Position numbers and translations under genes: made by a program. The notes beneath the pieces are model-generated. The model had not been told where the DNA came from, made no database searches, and saw only the letters and a program-made list of their open reading frames with translations. Positions 37,471-47,219 of a stretch of DNA of 64,000 bases are shown piece after piece (positions within the stretch are counted from its first letter, which is position 1; every line of letters begins with the position of its first letter). The stretch covers positions 15,189 to 79,188 of the forward strand of contig CAYWKU010000014.1 in the NCBI GenBank assembly GCA_964459325.1, written 5' to 3'. Source of the stretch: an uncultured bacterium. GTDB taxonomy: Bacteria; RBG-13-61-14; CAYWKU01.

Positions 37471-39624
37471 TTGAGAACTTCGGCGCTTTATTTTGTGTTG
37501 ATTGCAGGGACCGTTTTGATTTCTTCCATCGCGGGTGCGGAGGAAAGGTTCCTGTGGACCAACCTGGATGTAGGCGGAAACGCTCTTCACGCGATAGACA
37601 TCGACGGCGACGCCGAACTGGATATATCCACCGGGAGAAAACTGGAAACGGTATTCGTGTCCGGAAAAACCGGCGAAATCGATGTCCCCGTAGACCATTA
37701 CACAGACCAAATCCGCTTCGCCGATATGGATTTGGACAAAGAGCTTGACGTGGTACTGCTAACTACGCGTCGGATGGTAGTCGGCGGAGTAATAGCCATT
37801 AACTTCTCCTCCTTCGGCAACTGGGATACTCAAGCCAGATGGGATAAGAAACATCTGGAACTTTTCGCCGTTTACGATTTCAACATGGACAAACGCCCCG
37901 AAATCATAGGAGCGGACAAGAAAAATTTGTTCATCATCGACCCCGCTTCGGGTGAATATACCATGTACGCCAACACCGGAACTATAACTTCAGCTTCCGT
38001 CGGCTATTTGACCGACCCGGATAACGCGCAAATAGTGGCATATCAATGGCAAAAAAACCCCAAAGGAAGATTCTCGTACAGAGATCAATGGACAGCCTTC
38101 AAATACAACCTCAAACTGTGCGTGATTGACCCGGCAAGCGGGGATATAATTTCCCGCTCCACCCCCGTCGGAGCACCTGTCCGGCAGCCGATTACAGCCG
38201 ACCTGGCTCAAAGAGGCATTGACGACGCAATTTCAATCAGCGACACGGACGTGCTGATTATGCGAGACGGGAAAGTGCTGTCGAGATTCTCCCATAAGTT
38301 CGACCTGACGTACGAGCACGAAGAGTTGATAAAGGATATGGAGCTGGACCTGTCCGTTGGCGCCATGGACGTCTCTGACAAGTTCACCGGCGGCGCCGTG
38401 GGCAACTTCCACTCCAACCCCGGCCTGGAACTTGCGGTCACCACCTCCTACGGTTTTATGGTGGCGTTGAACGAAAACTGCAAAGTTCTCTGGTCAACGT
38501 GGGGAAAAACCGTAGGCGACCCCGTGATAGCCGACGTCAACGGGGACGGAGCGCAGGAAGTTATAGCCGTTACTTACGAAGGCTCGGTTAAAGCTTTGGA
38601 CGGACAGAGCGGCTCGGAATTATATTCCTTCAGTCCCAGTTTCGACGCGACGAGAGTAATTGTGGCCGATGCCAACTCGGACGGGAAGCTCGACATCATA
38701 GTAAGCGGCGCCCCCGGACTTTCCGCATGGACAATGGACGCGGTCGGAACCATCGAATGGGGCGTGCCCACCGGAGACGGTATGGGTACATGCAATTACG
38801 GACTGTCCCGGGAATACCTGAAAAGAATCGCCGACCCCGCGGCTTACAGCAATTATCCGTGGATAGTAAGAGGCATCGCCGGAGGTATAATACTGCTGCT
38901 GGGACTTACGGGCTTCTTGCTGGTTCGCCATTATACCTCCATGAGAAGTACAATCGAGTCCGCAGAAGCCACCAGCGAGTTCGCAAAAATGGAAAAAGCC
39001 TATCTTAACAACACCGAATCTCCGGACACCATAATCCCTCTGGCAAGAGAATACGCCAGGAACAAATCACTGGGCATGCGGGCAATGGAGGTTTACCGGA
39101 AGGCGGCGAAAATAGCTCCCGACGATAAGGAAATTGTAGTAGCGGCGGCCAAAGCAATGGCCGGCAGAAAAATCGTCAGCCCGGAAACGGAGGAAATATT
39201 CCAGAAGGCTTTGAATCACGCCCCCGACGACCTTAAATTCATTGAAATACTTGCCCGTCTGTATGCCGAAAAAAATCGCGCCGACAGCATGGCCCTGCAC
39301 ATATATTACAAGTACTTCACCGCCGGCTCGTTCAACAGGGAGCTTGCCTTGACCATCGCCCGGGTCCTCAAGGAAGCCGGCTGCCAGGACAATTTCTCCG
39401 TTTGGCTTTTCCAGCAGGCGCTCACCATCAATACCGGCGACATGGAGATGCTCCTTACACTGCTCACGGCATTGAAAAATCAAAATCAACCCGACCAATA
39501 TCTTCAATGGGCATCGAAGTATATATCCGACCCCCGCCTGACCGACGAAATGAGAAAAAGGATAGCCGGGGAACTCGAGGCCATGGGCAGGGGGGAGGAC
39601 GCCGGCCGCTTCATGCCCCGCTGA
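37471..39624 (+). CDS. FG-GAP/beta-propeller + TM + TPR-like protein
   Basis: Signal peptide, repeated DxDGDG/DVNGDG/DANSDG loops, TM GIAGGIILLLGLTGFLLV, helical TPR-like C-terminus. Confidence 0.75.
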   Translation: MRTSALYFVLIAGTVLISSIAGAEERFLWTNLDVGGNALHAIDIDGDAELDISTGRKLETVFVSGKTGEIDVPVDHYTDQIRFADMDLDKELDVVLLTTRRMVVGGVIAINFSSFGNWDTQARWDKKHLELFAVYDFNMDKRPEIIGADKKNLFIIDPASGEYTMYANTGTITSASVGYLTDPDNAQIVAYQWQKNPKGRFSYRDQWTAFKYNLKLCVIDPASGDIISRSTPVGAPVRQPITADLAQRGIDDAISISDTDVLIMRDGKVLSRFSHKFDLTYEHEELIKDMELDLSVGAMDVSDKFTGGAVGNFHSNPGLELAVTTSYGFMVALNENCKVLWSTWGKTVGDPVIADVNGDGAQEVIAVTYEGSVKALDGQSGSELYSFSPSFDATRVIVADANSDGKLDIIVSGAPGLSAWTMDAVGTIEWGVPTGDGMGTCNYGLSREYLKRIADPAAYSNYPWIVRGIAGGIILLLGLTGFLLVRHYTSMRSTIESAEATSEFAKMEKAYLNNTESPDTIIPLAREYARNKSLGMRAMEVYRKAAKIAPDDKEIVVAAAKAMAGRKIVSPETEEIFQKALNHAPDDLKFIEILARLYAEKNRADSMALHIYYKYFTAGSFNRELALTIARVLKEAGCQDNFSVWLFQQALTINTGDMEMLLTLLTALKNQNQPDQYLQWASKYISDPRLTDEMRKRIAGELEAMGRGEDAGRFMPR

Positions 39625-39667
39625 ATATATGATAACTTCTCCCGAAACTTGTTGAGGAAAGGTTGCA

Positions 39668-40663
39668 ATGCCCGAGTTCAGACAGAACTTCGCCTCCAAG
39701 GAATGGGTCATCATAGCCACCGAGCGGGCCAAAAGACCCGGTGAATTTTCCTCCAACCGGGACCGCCGTCCCGAGCCGCCCTCACACGTGCCTGAATGCC
39801 CGTTCTGCGAAGGCAACGAAAATAAAACTCCCCCTCCAAAGCTGGTCATAGAAGACGACGAAAGCTGGAAAGTAAGAGTGGTGGCGAACAAGTTCGCCGC
39901 CGTTAACGAAAACCTGGACAGAACCATGCACAAGGAAGGCCTGTTCGTCAAAATCGACGGCTACGGAATAGCGGAGGTAGTGGTCGAAACCCCCGACCAT
40001 TCAAAAACCATCGGAACCCTGAGCATGGAAGAAGTGTTTGACGTGTTACTCGCTTATAGGAGCCGTTACCAGAGCATAGCCGCCGACCCGAACGTGGCCC
40101 TCATAAACATCTTCCGGAACCACGGCCCGAAGGCCGGTACCAGTCTGGAACACCCCCACTCGCAGATAATCGCCACCCCGATAGTGCCGCCTCACGTGAG
40201 GGACCCGGTAATCAAGCTCATGAGAGCCTACGACACTTACGGCACTTGCATATACTGCGACATGCTGGAAGCGGAGCTTAAAGCCAAGGAAAGAGTTATC
40301 ATGGAGACCCGGCATTTCGTGGCGCTCTCGCCATACGCGGCAAGGTCTCCCTTCGAGGTGCGAATTTACCCCAAGCGTCACTCGGCGGTATTCGGGAGCG
40401 TGACCGACGCGGAACTGGAAGACCTCGCGGAAACACTGAGAGTGACCATGAAAAAAATATACGTGGGTCTGGACAACCCCGATTACAATTACATTATCCA
40501 TTCCGCGCCCCTCGACCACTACGATTCCCGCTTTTTCCACTGGGCGATTATCATTGTGCCGCGACTTACCACCCCCGCAGGTTTCGAAATGGGCACCGGG
40601 ATTTACATTAACATCACTCTCCCGGAAAATTGCGCCGACTACCTGCGGGAAACGGAGGTATAA
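39668..40663 (+). CDS. galT: Galactose-1-phosphate uridylyltransferase
   Basis: WVIIATERAKRP, CPFCEGNE, FRNHGPKAGTSLEHPHSQ, PAGFEMGTG. Confidence 0.93.
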   Translation: MPEFRQNFASKEWVIIATERAKRPGEFSSNRDRRPEPPSHVPECPFCEGNENKTPPPKLVIEDDESWKVRVVANKFAAVNENLDRTMHKEGLFVKIDGYGIAEVVVETPDHSKTIGTLSMEEVFDVLLAYRSRYQSIAADPNVALINIFRNHGPKAGTSLEHPHSQIIATPIVPPHVRDPVIKLMRAYDTYGTCIYCDMLEAELKAKERVIMETRHFVALSPYAARSPFEVRIYPKRHSAVFGSVTDAELEDLAETLRVTMKKIYVGLDNPDYNYIIHSAPLDHYDSRFFHWAIIIVPRLTTPAGFEMGTGIYINITLPENCADYLRETEV

Positions 40664-40664
40664 A

Positions 40665-41081
40665 GTGTCCGACCGGCTGCGCCCCATCGGGGTGCTCCAC
40701 ACCAACCTGAAAACACTCGACCAGTGCCCCCGGCAGGGCTCGATAACCGATAACGAAGGAGAAGCCGAAATTTTTCCGGAATACGCCGAAGGACTTAAAG
40801 GCATGGAGCGGCGGTCTCACGTGTGGTTACTATACCGATTCGACTCTTCAGAGCCGGTCTCCCTGCTCGTAAAGCCGCCTCACTCGAACAAACAAAGGGG
40901 CCTTTTCGCCACTCGCAGCCCTTACAGAATCAATCCCATAGGACTCACTCTGGTAAAAATAGCGCAAGTGAAAGAAAATCGAATAAAATTCATCGGAGCC
41001 GACATGCTCGACGGCACCGCTCTACTGGACATAAAACCCTACTCTGAGGAGATAGACGGCCCGTGCGAGCAATCAAAGTAG
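40665..41081 (+). CDS. trmO: tRNA m6t6A37 methyltransferase TrmO (TsaA/YaeB), N-terminal domain only
   Basis: PIGVLHT, GLFATRSPYRINPIGL, DMLDGTALLDIKPY. GTG start at 40665. Confidence 0.88.
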   Translation: MSDRLRPIGVLHTNLKTLDQCPRQGSITDNEGEAEIFPEYAEGLKGMERRSHVWLLYRFDSSEPVSLLVKPPHSNKQRGLFATRSPYRINPIGLTLVKIAQVKENRIKFIGADMLDGTALLDIKPYSEEIDGPCEQSK

Positions 41082-41302
41082 CCTTAACACTCCTTTAAAT
41101 GAGTACTGAAACCTTTTTTTTGCGTACGAGCACGCATGACGTGACTTTAATTCCACAAAGACGGGTAAGCCCCTTGTCCGCACTTTTATTTCGGTGTTAT
41201 TCTTTCCAATGCCAACTGCGGATAATTTAGTCGTTCTCGCCTTTCCGCCGTTTGTATTTTACCGTAGAACTCTAATCACTTACATAGAGAGGAGATAATC
41301 CA

Positions 41303-43024
41303 ATGACAAAAATGACCCCGTCGGAAGCGCTGGTAGAAACCCTGGTCGCCGAAGGAGTTCAGACGGTGTTCGGTATCGTGGGCAGCGCATACATGGACGC
41401 CCTAGACCTTTTCCCCGCCGCAGGTATCCGGTTCGTAAGCACCGCCCACGAGCAAGCCGCGGCCCACGCGGCGGACGGTCTCGCAAGGGTAACGGGCAGG
41501 CCGCAAGTATGCATCGCCCAGAACGGCCCCGGGGCCGCCAACTTCGTCAGCGCCATTACCGCTGCTTACTGGGCACACTCACCGGTTGTGGCGATAACTC
41601 CCGAAACCGGGAGCGTGGGAATAGGCACCGGTGGTTTCCAGGAACTTGACCAGATGCCATGGTTCCAGGCGTGCACCAAGTACCAGGTGCGCGTCAACAG
41701 GCCGGAGCGCATGGCCGAATTCGCTCGCAGATGTTTCTACGTCGCCAAAACCGAATGCGGCCCCACCCAACTCAATATCCCCCGGGATTACTTTTACGGG
41801 GAAATAGATACCGACATTTTCAAAACCCCCGAAATTCAACACGGCGCCGGCGCCGAGGAACAGCTCGACAAGGCCGCGAAAATGCTCCTGGATGCCAAAT
41901 ATCCGGTAATCCTGGCCGGTGGCGGCGTTGCCCAGTCAAACGCCACGGAAGAAACCGAGTCGCTCTGCGAATACATGACCGCACCCGTGGTTAACACGTA
42001 CCTCCATAACGACAGCTTCCCCACCGGCCACGACCTGAGCGTGGGGCCCATCGGGTACTGCGGCTCCAAGGCGGCCATGAGAACGCTCGCAAAGGCAGAC
42101 GTTGTACTGACGCTGGGAACCCGATTGGGGCCGTTCGGCACCCTGCCGCAGTATGACATGAATTACTTTCCCGATAACGCCAAAATTGTCCAGGTGGACA
42201 TCGACCACCGGGTAATCGGCCTGAGCAAAAAGGTGGATTTGGGAATAGTCGCCGATGCCCGTCAGTTCGCCGGCAGGTTGCTGGAAAGAATCAAAGCCAA
42301 AGACCCGGCGCGAAAACCCGACCGGGAGAAACTCGAAGAAATTCAAAAGGAAAAGGACACCTGGGCCGAGGAGCTCAACGGCTGGTCGAGCTCGAACGCA
42401 AAACCCATGCACCCCCGTCGATTGCTCAAGGAACTGTCATCGGCGGTGCCGAAAGGCTCCCCCGTAACAACCGACGTGGGCAACACCTGCTCCATGTGTA
42501 ACGCCTACTTCGGCGCCACCGGCCCGGGACAGTTTCTTGCTCCTCTCAGTTGGGGCAACTGCGGAATCGCTTACGGAGTGGCAATGGGCGCAAAGATGGG
42601 CAACCCCTCAAAGCCGGTCTTTGCCCTCCAGGGCGACGGAGCTTACGGCATCAGCGGCCTGAGCGAAGTAATGACCGCCGTCAGGGAAGAAATACCGGTG
42701 ATAGCGGTGGTGTTCAATAACAACCAGTGGGGCGCGGAAAAGAAGAACCAGATAGACTACTACGACGACAGATTCGTCGGCGCCAACCTGCAGAATCCCG
42801 ACTTCGCACAACTGGCCCGGGACATGGGGGCGGAAGGATACCGCGTTGAAGAACCGGACCAGGTCGGGGACGCCGTGCAGGCGGCCTTGAAGTCCGGAAA
42901 ACCCGCCGTCATAGACGCAATAATCGACGGCTCCGCCGAAGTGCTGGCCGAACCCTTCCGGCGGGACGCGCTCAAAAAACCCGTGCGTTATCTGGACAAA
43001 TATAAACACCTGACCGTAAAGTAA
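41303..43024 (+). CDS. xsc: Sulfoacetaldehyde acetyltransferase (ThDP enzyme)
   Basis: MTPSEALVE, FGIVGSAYMD, HEQ, QNGPG, AAYWAH, GGFQE, LNIPRDYFYG, GDGAYG, NNQWGAEKKNQ...FVG: Xsc-specific motifs rather than AlsS/IlvB. Confidence 0.9.
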   Translation: MTKMTPSEALVETLVAEGVQTVFGIVGSAYMDALDLFPAAGIRFVSTAHEQAAAHAADGLARVTGRPQVCIAQNGPGAANFVSAITAAYWAHSPVVAITPETGSVGIGTGGFQELDQMPWFQACTKYQVRVNRPERMAEFARRCFYVAKTECGPTQLNIPRDYFYGEIDTDIFKTPEIQHGAGAEEQLDKAAKMLLDAKYPVILAGGGVAQSNATEETESLCEYMTAPVVNTYLHNDSFPTGHDLSVGPIGYCGSKAAMRTLAKADVVLTLGTRLGPFGTLPQYDMNYFPDNAKIVQVDIDHRVIGLSKKVDLGIVADARQFAGRLLERIKAKDPARKPDREKLEEIQKEKDTWAEELNGWSSSNAKPMHPRRLLKELSSAVPKGSPVTTDVGNTCSMCNAYFGATGPGQFLAPLSWGNCGIAYGVAMGAKMGNPSKPVFALQGDGAYGISGLSEVMTAVREEIPVIAVVFNNNQWGAEKKNQIDYYDDRFVGANLQNPDFAQLARDMGAEGYRVEEPDQVGDAVQAALKSGKPAVIDAIIDGSAEVLAEPFRRDALKKPVRYLDKYKHLTVK

Positions 43025-43078
43025 TTGTCTATAATTGAAGCCCGGGGAGCGGTCAGGGTGTGAAATAACGGAGCCTGA

Positions 43079-44287
43079 ATGAAAGTCCTCGTCCTCAACA
43101 GCGGCAGCTCCAGCTTGAAGTACAAAGTCCTGGAAATGCCCGATGAAACCGGCCTGGCTTCCGGCCGGGTGGAAAAAATCGGCGAGCCGGACGGTTGGGC
43201 CTTTCTCGTACATACCATGAAGGACGGTACGGGCTACGAATCCGACGTGGAAAGCCCTGACCACAAGGAAGCGCTGAAACGCGCCCTGGACGCCATATCC
43301 GACCCGGAAAAGGGTTGCATATCCGAGGTAAACGAAATCGGAGCAGTGGGGCATCGCGTCGTACACGGCAGGGACATATTCCACGGCCCGACCACGGTCA
43401 CCGATGAGGTGCTGGAGCGGATGAAGGAGCTGGTGGAACTGGCGCCTCTGCACATGCCCGCCAATATAGCCGGCATCGAGGCCTGCCTCGAGCTGCTACC
43501 CGGAGTACCGCAGATAGCTCACTTCGACACTTCATTCTACCGCACTATGCCCATGCATTCCTACTTGTACCCGGTACCCACGGAATGGCACGAAAAGTAC
43601 GGCGTCCGGCGGTACGGTTTTCACGGAATATCCCACCAGTTCGTCACAATGGTAGCCTCGGAGCTTACGAATATTCCTCCCGAAAAGCTCAAGCTCATAA
43701 GCGCCCACCTGGGCAACGGCGCCAGCATTACCGCTTTCAAGGAAGGTGGAGTGCTGGACACCAGCATGGGCTTCACGCCCCTGGAAGGCCTGATGATGGG
43801 CACCCGCTGCGGATACCTCGACCCGGCGGTCATACCCTACATCGCCTCCAAAACCGGCGCGGCGGTCGCTGAAATCGAGCGCACCCTCAACAACGAAAGC
43901 GGCCTGGAGGCCGTCAGCGGCGTCGGAAGGGACATGCGCAAAATACTGGCCGCCAGAGCTGAAGGCAACGAAAAAGCGGAGTTGGCCTTCCGGATGTTTG
44001 TACACACCCTCCGTAAATATATAGGGGCCTACTTCTTCGCCATGGGAGGCGCGGACGTGGTGGTGTTCACCGGCGGAATCGGTGAAAACTCGCCCGAGGT
44101 CAGGTGGGAGGCGCTGGAAAATCTCGAACACTGGGGAATCCGCATGGACAAAAAGAAAAACGAAGACGCCCTCGGCGGCGAACCCGCCTTCATAAACGAC
44201 GAATCTAGCACGGTAAAGCTGATGGTCATACCCACCAACGAAGAGCTGATGATAGCGAGGGAGACTTATAAATCAGTGGTAAAATAG
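43079..44287 (+). CDS. ackA: Acetate kinase
   Basis: LVLNSGSSSLKY, GHRVVHG, APLHMP, RRYGFHGISH, HLGNGAS, TPLEGLMMGTRCG, FTGGIGENS, PTNEELMIA. Confidence 0.96.
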   Translation: MKVLVLNSGSSSLKYKVLEMPDETGLASGRVEKIGEPDGWAFLVHTMKDGTGYESDVESPDHKEALKRALDAISDPEKGCISEVNEIGAVGHRVVHGRDIFHGPTTVTDEVLERMKELVELAPLHMPANIAGIEACLELLPGVPQIAHFDTSFYRTMPMHSYLYPVPTEWHEKYGVRRYGFHGISHQFVTMVASELTNIPPEKLKLISAHLGNGASITAFKEGGVLDTSMGFTPLEGLMMGTRCGYLDPAVIPYIASKTGAAVAEIERTLNNESGLEAVSGVGRDMRKILAARAEGNEKAELAFRMFVHTLRKYIGAYFFAMGGADVVVFTGGIGENSPEVRWEALENLEHWGIRMDKKKNEDALGGEPAFINDESSTVKLMVIPTNEELMIARETYKSVVK

Positions 44288-44341
44288 TTACTTAAATTCA
44301 TGGCTCAATGCATTGAACCGTTGATAGTTACTCAGCCCATT

Positions 44342-44445
44342 CCGCTTTCCTGAGGAGGAGCCCCGAAGGGGCGACATCTCGAAGGGAGCGGAATTGGCCG
44401 CCCTTCGAAACGTTACACCGTTGGCGTAACTCCTCAGGAAAGCGG
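44342..44445. repeat. Cloverleaf palindromic repeat element
   Basis: Perfect 16-bp outer stem CCGCTTTCCTGAGGAG / CTCCTCAGGAAAGCGG enclosing three hairpins; between convergent genes. Confidence 0.75.
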
Positions 44446-44498
44446 CCAATTCCTTAATTAACAGTCACTTGAGCACATAAAAGGTTAAATAGAATCAA

Positions 44499-46451
44499 TC
44501 ATTGAAAATGCTCCCTCAACAGCCTGTTCAGGTTTTCCCGTGCCGTTGGCTGGTTGGGGTCGATGCTCAGGGTCTTTTCGAGCAGGCGTCGCGCCTTTTC
44601 GTACTCACCCTTGTTTATGTGTATCACCGCCAGGTTGTTATAAGGCGTGGTGTAGCCGGGAGATATTTCAATCGCCTTGCGGAAGGCGGCTTCGGCCTTC
44701 TCCATCCGGTCCAGGTTGACGTAGATGCTTCCCAGGTTGTAATGGCCGTGAGCGCTGTTCGGCTCAATTTCCAAAGCCTTCTTTATCAAATCGAGGGCTT
44801 CGCGGTGCTTTCCGGTTTTGTTCAACGCCACCGCCAGGTTCCGCATGATGTCGGGGTTGTTGGGAGCAAGCTCGTGGGCCACCCGCCACTGCCGCCGCGC
44901 CTTATCCGGCTCGCCCGCCTGCTCGTAGACGTATCCCAGCGACTGGTAAGTGTTTTCGCTTTGAGGGGCTTTGCTTACCGCGTCCTCCCACAAGCGCTTT
45001 TCGCTCGAGTACACGTAGTTTCGGTGCACCGTCAGCATGGAGAAAAACACCACCATCGCCGCCGTCGCAACCGCGAGCGTGCGTTTATCCCTCTTACGTG
45101 GGGAACGCAATAACCGCTCAGCTACAGCCCCCGCCACCAGCAACAGCCCGAAAAGCGGCACGTAAAGCCGCCGCTCGGCTACCAACTGGTTCAGTGGAAT
45201 CAGGGTTTCGGGCAGGAGGGATATTATGTACCACGCCCCGCCCAGCATCGCCAATCGGCTACGCGAGCGGACTATGGCAAAGGCTATCCCCGCAAGTATC
45301 ACAACCGAAACGCCGGGCCAGGCTAATATCGGCGCGCCGGCCTTCCATAAAGTCGAGAACTCGGGAAAATGGTGATAAATGTTCAAATCATTCGGCCACA
45401 ACACAAACCGGATGTAATAAACGAGCACCGAAAGCTGGGTGAGCAGATTTTCGCCGTAACCCCTGACGGGGTTGTCCACGGCTACCGTATCCAGGCTGAG
45501 CGCCGCGTTGCGCACGATGAGATAAACCACCGCCACTGCGGCAAAAGGCGCATAACGGCGCACATCGTCCGCGAAGCTTTCCTCGCGCTCTTTATCCAGA
45601 AGCCGGTCTGAGAGCCACATTATTGCCGGCAGGACGATTATGTTCTCCTTTACCAGCAACCCGGCGGCGTAAGCGGCCACCGCCGCCCAACGGTACGCTT
45701 TCACTCGCGCCCTTTCACGCCACAGCCGGTGGAGCAGAAAGCTTCCGAAAAAAAATACTCCCACCAGCGACGCCGACCGGCTCGAGACGTAATCCACAAC
45801 CTCGGTGTTCACCGGATGCACGGCAAACACCAGTCCCATTCCCAGCGCCAACCAACGCCTTCGGGTAAGCACAAGCACCAGTCCCGCTACAAACAACGAT
45901 GAAAGCCAGTGAATCCCGAGGTTGCAAAAATGCCACCCGGCGGGATTGTAGCCGAATATCGAGTGGTTAACCAGGTAGCTCGTCAGCAGGAACGGCCGGA
46001 ACATCCTCCGGCCCGGCAGTATCGAGAAGGTTTGAGGGTCGGTAAAGAACTTTCCGATATTGCCCGCGTCGCGAATTGCGGGGTTTTCAACTATTGAATG
46101 CCTGTCGTCGAGCGTGAAGGGCACATCGAGGCCGTTGGCGTAGACACCTCCCACAACCACCGCCAACAATACCGCCGCCACGAGCATCCGCTTCCACGTG
46201 ATGGATGGCTCCGCGGCGACACCGGTTGCCATGCCCTTCTCCGTGGTTTTCTTCTCAACCTCCCGCTTTTGCGGCTTTTTCTTTTTTCCGGAAGGTTTGG
46301 ATTTTGCCCCGCCCGATACCTCGTCCACCGCTCGCTGAACGTCATCCTCGCTCAAGCTCAACTGCCGGGCCAATTGGGAAACCGACTTGTTTTTCCACTC
46401 CCGCTCTATAACCCGCCGCTGCTTCGGAGTAATTTTATCGCCTTTGGCCAT
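44499..46451 (-). CDS. TMTC-like GT-C glycosyltransferase with C-terminal TPRs
   Basis: FTLDDRHSIVEN acidic loop, FRPFL, HPVNTEVVDY, KENII, AERRLYVP, multiple TMs, TPR repeats. Confidence 0.82.
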   Translation of the reverse strand: MAKGDKITPKQRRVIEREWKNKSVSQLARQLSLSEDDVQRAVDEVSGGAKSKPSGKKKKPQKREVEKKTTEKGMATGVAAEPSITWKRMLVAAVLLAVVVGGVYANGLDVPFTLDDRHSIVENPAIRDAGNIGKFFTDPQTFSILPGRRMFRPFLLTSYLVNHSIFGYNPAGWHFCNLGIHWLSSLFVAGLVLVLTRRRWLALGMGLVFAVHPVNTEVVDYVSSRSASLVGVFFFGSFLLHRLWRERARVKAYRWAAVAAYAAGLLVKENIIVLPAIMWLSDRLLDKEREESFADDVRRYAPFAAVAVVYLIVRNAALSLDTVAVDNPVRGYGENLLTQLSVLVYYIRFVLWPNDLNIYHHFPEFSTLWKAGAPILAWPGVSVVILAGIAFAIVRSRSRLAMLGGAWYIISLLPETLIPLNQLVAERRLYVPLFGLLLVAGAVAERLLRSPRKRDKRTLAVATAAMVVFFSMLTVHRNYVYSSEKRLWEDAVSKAPQSENTYQSLGYVYEQAGEPDKARRQWRVAHELAPNNPDIMRNLAVALNKTGKHREALDLIKKALEIEPNSAHGHYNLGSIYVNLDRMEKAEAAFRKAIEISPGYTTPYNNLAVIHINKGEYEKARRLLEKTLSIDPNQPTARENLNRLLREHFQ

Positions 46452-46496
46452 GAGGATTCTTTAAGTCCCAAAAAAAGTGAGATTACCTTTTAATAA

Positions 46497-46997
46497 CTAC
46501 CCGAGCCGGGTTTTAAACGTTTCGTAGGCTTCCGTTCCGAAAAGGACGAAAGTGACTTCCTCTACCGAAGTATCCCCCGACAGGTGGTTTTTCACTTCCT
46601 CAATCATTATCCGGGCGGCTTCGTCCATCGGGAACCCCGCCACGCCGGCGCCTATAGCGGGGAAAGCGATAGTTTTGAGACCTTTTTCGTCCGCCCGTTT
46701 GAGGCTGTTTTTCACGCAGTTACGCAGGCTTTCTTCAGTGGTTTTTCCACCCAGGTGCATCCCGGCGGCGTGTATAACGTATTTTGTTTTAAGCTCGCCC
46801 GCCCCGGTTATTGCGGCTTCCCCCAGCTCGATGTGGCCGATTTTATCGCACTCCTCTTGTATTGAAGAGCCACCCTTCTTCCTGATGGCGCCGGCGACGC
46901 CCGCTCCCAATTTCAAGTCGGTGTTGGCGGCGTTTACAATCGCGTCGGTTTCCATCGCGGTAATGTCGCCTTCCATTACCTTTATCTTCTCACTCAT
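46497..46997 (-). CDS. Macro-domain protein (O-acetyl-ADP-ribose deacetylase family)
   Basis: EGDIT...DAIVNAAN...[28 protein letters not shown]. Confidence 0.93.
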   Translation of the reverse strand: MSEKIKVMEGDITAMETDAIVNAANTDLKLGAGVAGAIRKKGGSSIQEECDKIGHIELGEAAITGAGELKTKYVIHAAGMHLGGKTTEESLRNCVKNSLKRADEKGLKTIAFPAIGAGVAGFPMDEAARIMIEEVKNHLSGDTSVEEVTFVLFGTEAYETFKTRLG

Positions 46998-47145
46998 TCC
47001 GGCGCCTCCCAATTATTGGAAAGAATAACGTATTTCCGGATAAAAAGTTTCACGTGGCACATTTCCAAAAGTAACGGTTTTTTCGGAAAAATTCGGGTTT
47101 TTCAGGATTTACCAAAAAATTTAATTATGCTTCCCATAGCGTCAA

Positions 47146-47185
47146 GCCGGTGAGCCAGACGGCCTGTAGGGACGCCGGCGTTCCG
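47146..47185. repeat. Solitary REP-like half unit related to the MITE cargo
   Basis: GCCGGTGAGCCAGACGGCCTGTAGGGACGCCGGCGTTCCG aligns with the reverse complement of 29735-29775 and with the inner arm of MITE 1a. Confidence 0.6.
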
Positions 47186-47219
47186 ATTGCCGCATTTTCA
47201 CGTTGCAATCTCAAAACGT

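Noticed and set aside
41303-43024. Annotation as acetolactate synthase (ilvB)
   Set aside because: Xsc-specific motifs (GSAYMD, AAYWAH, IPRDYFYG, WGAEKKNQ), no ilvN, and linkage to ackA.
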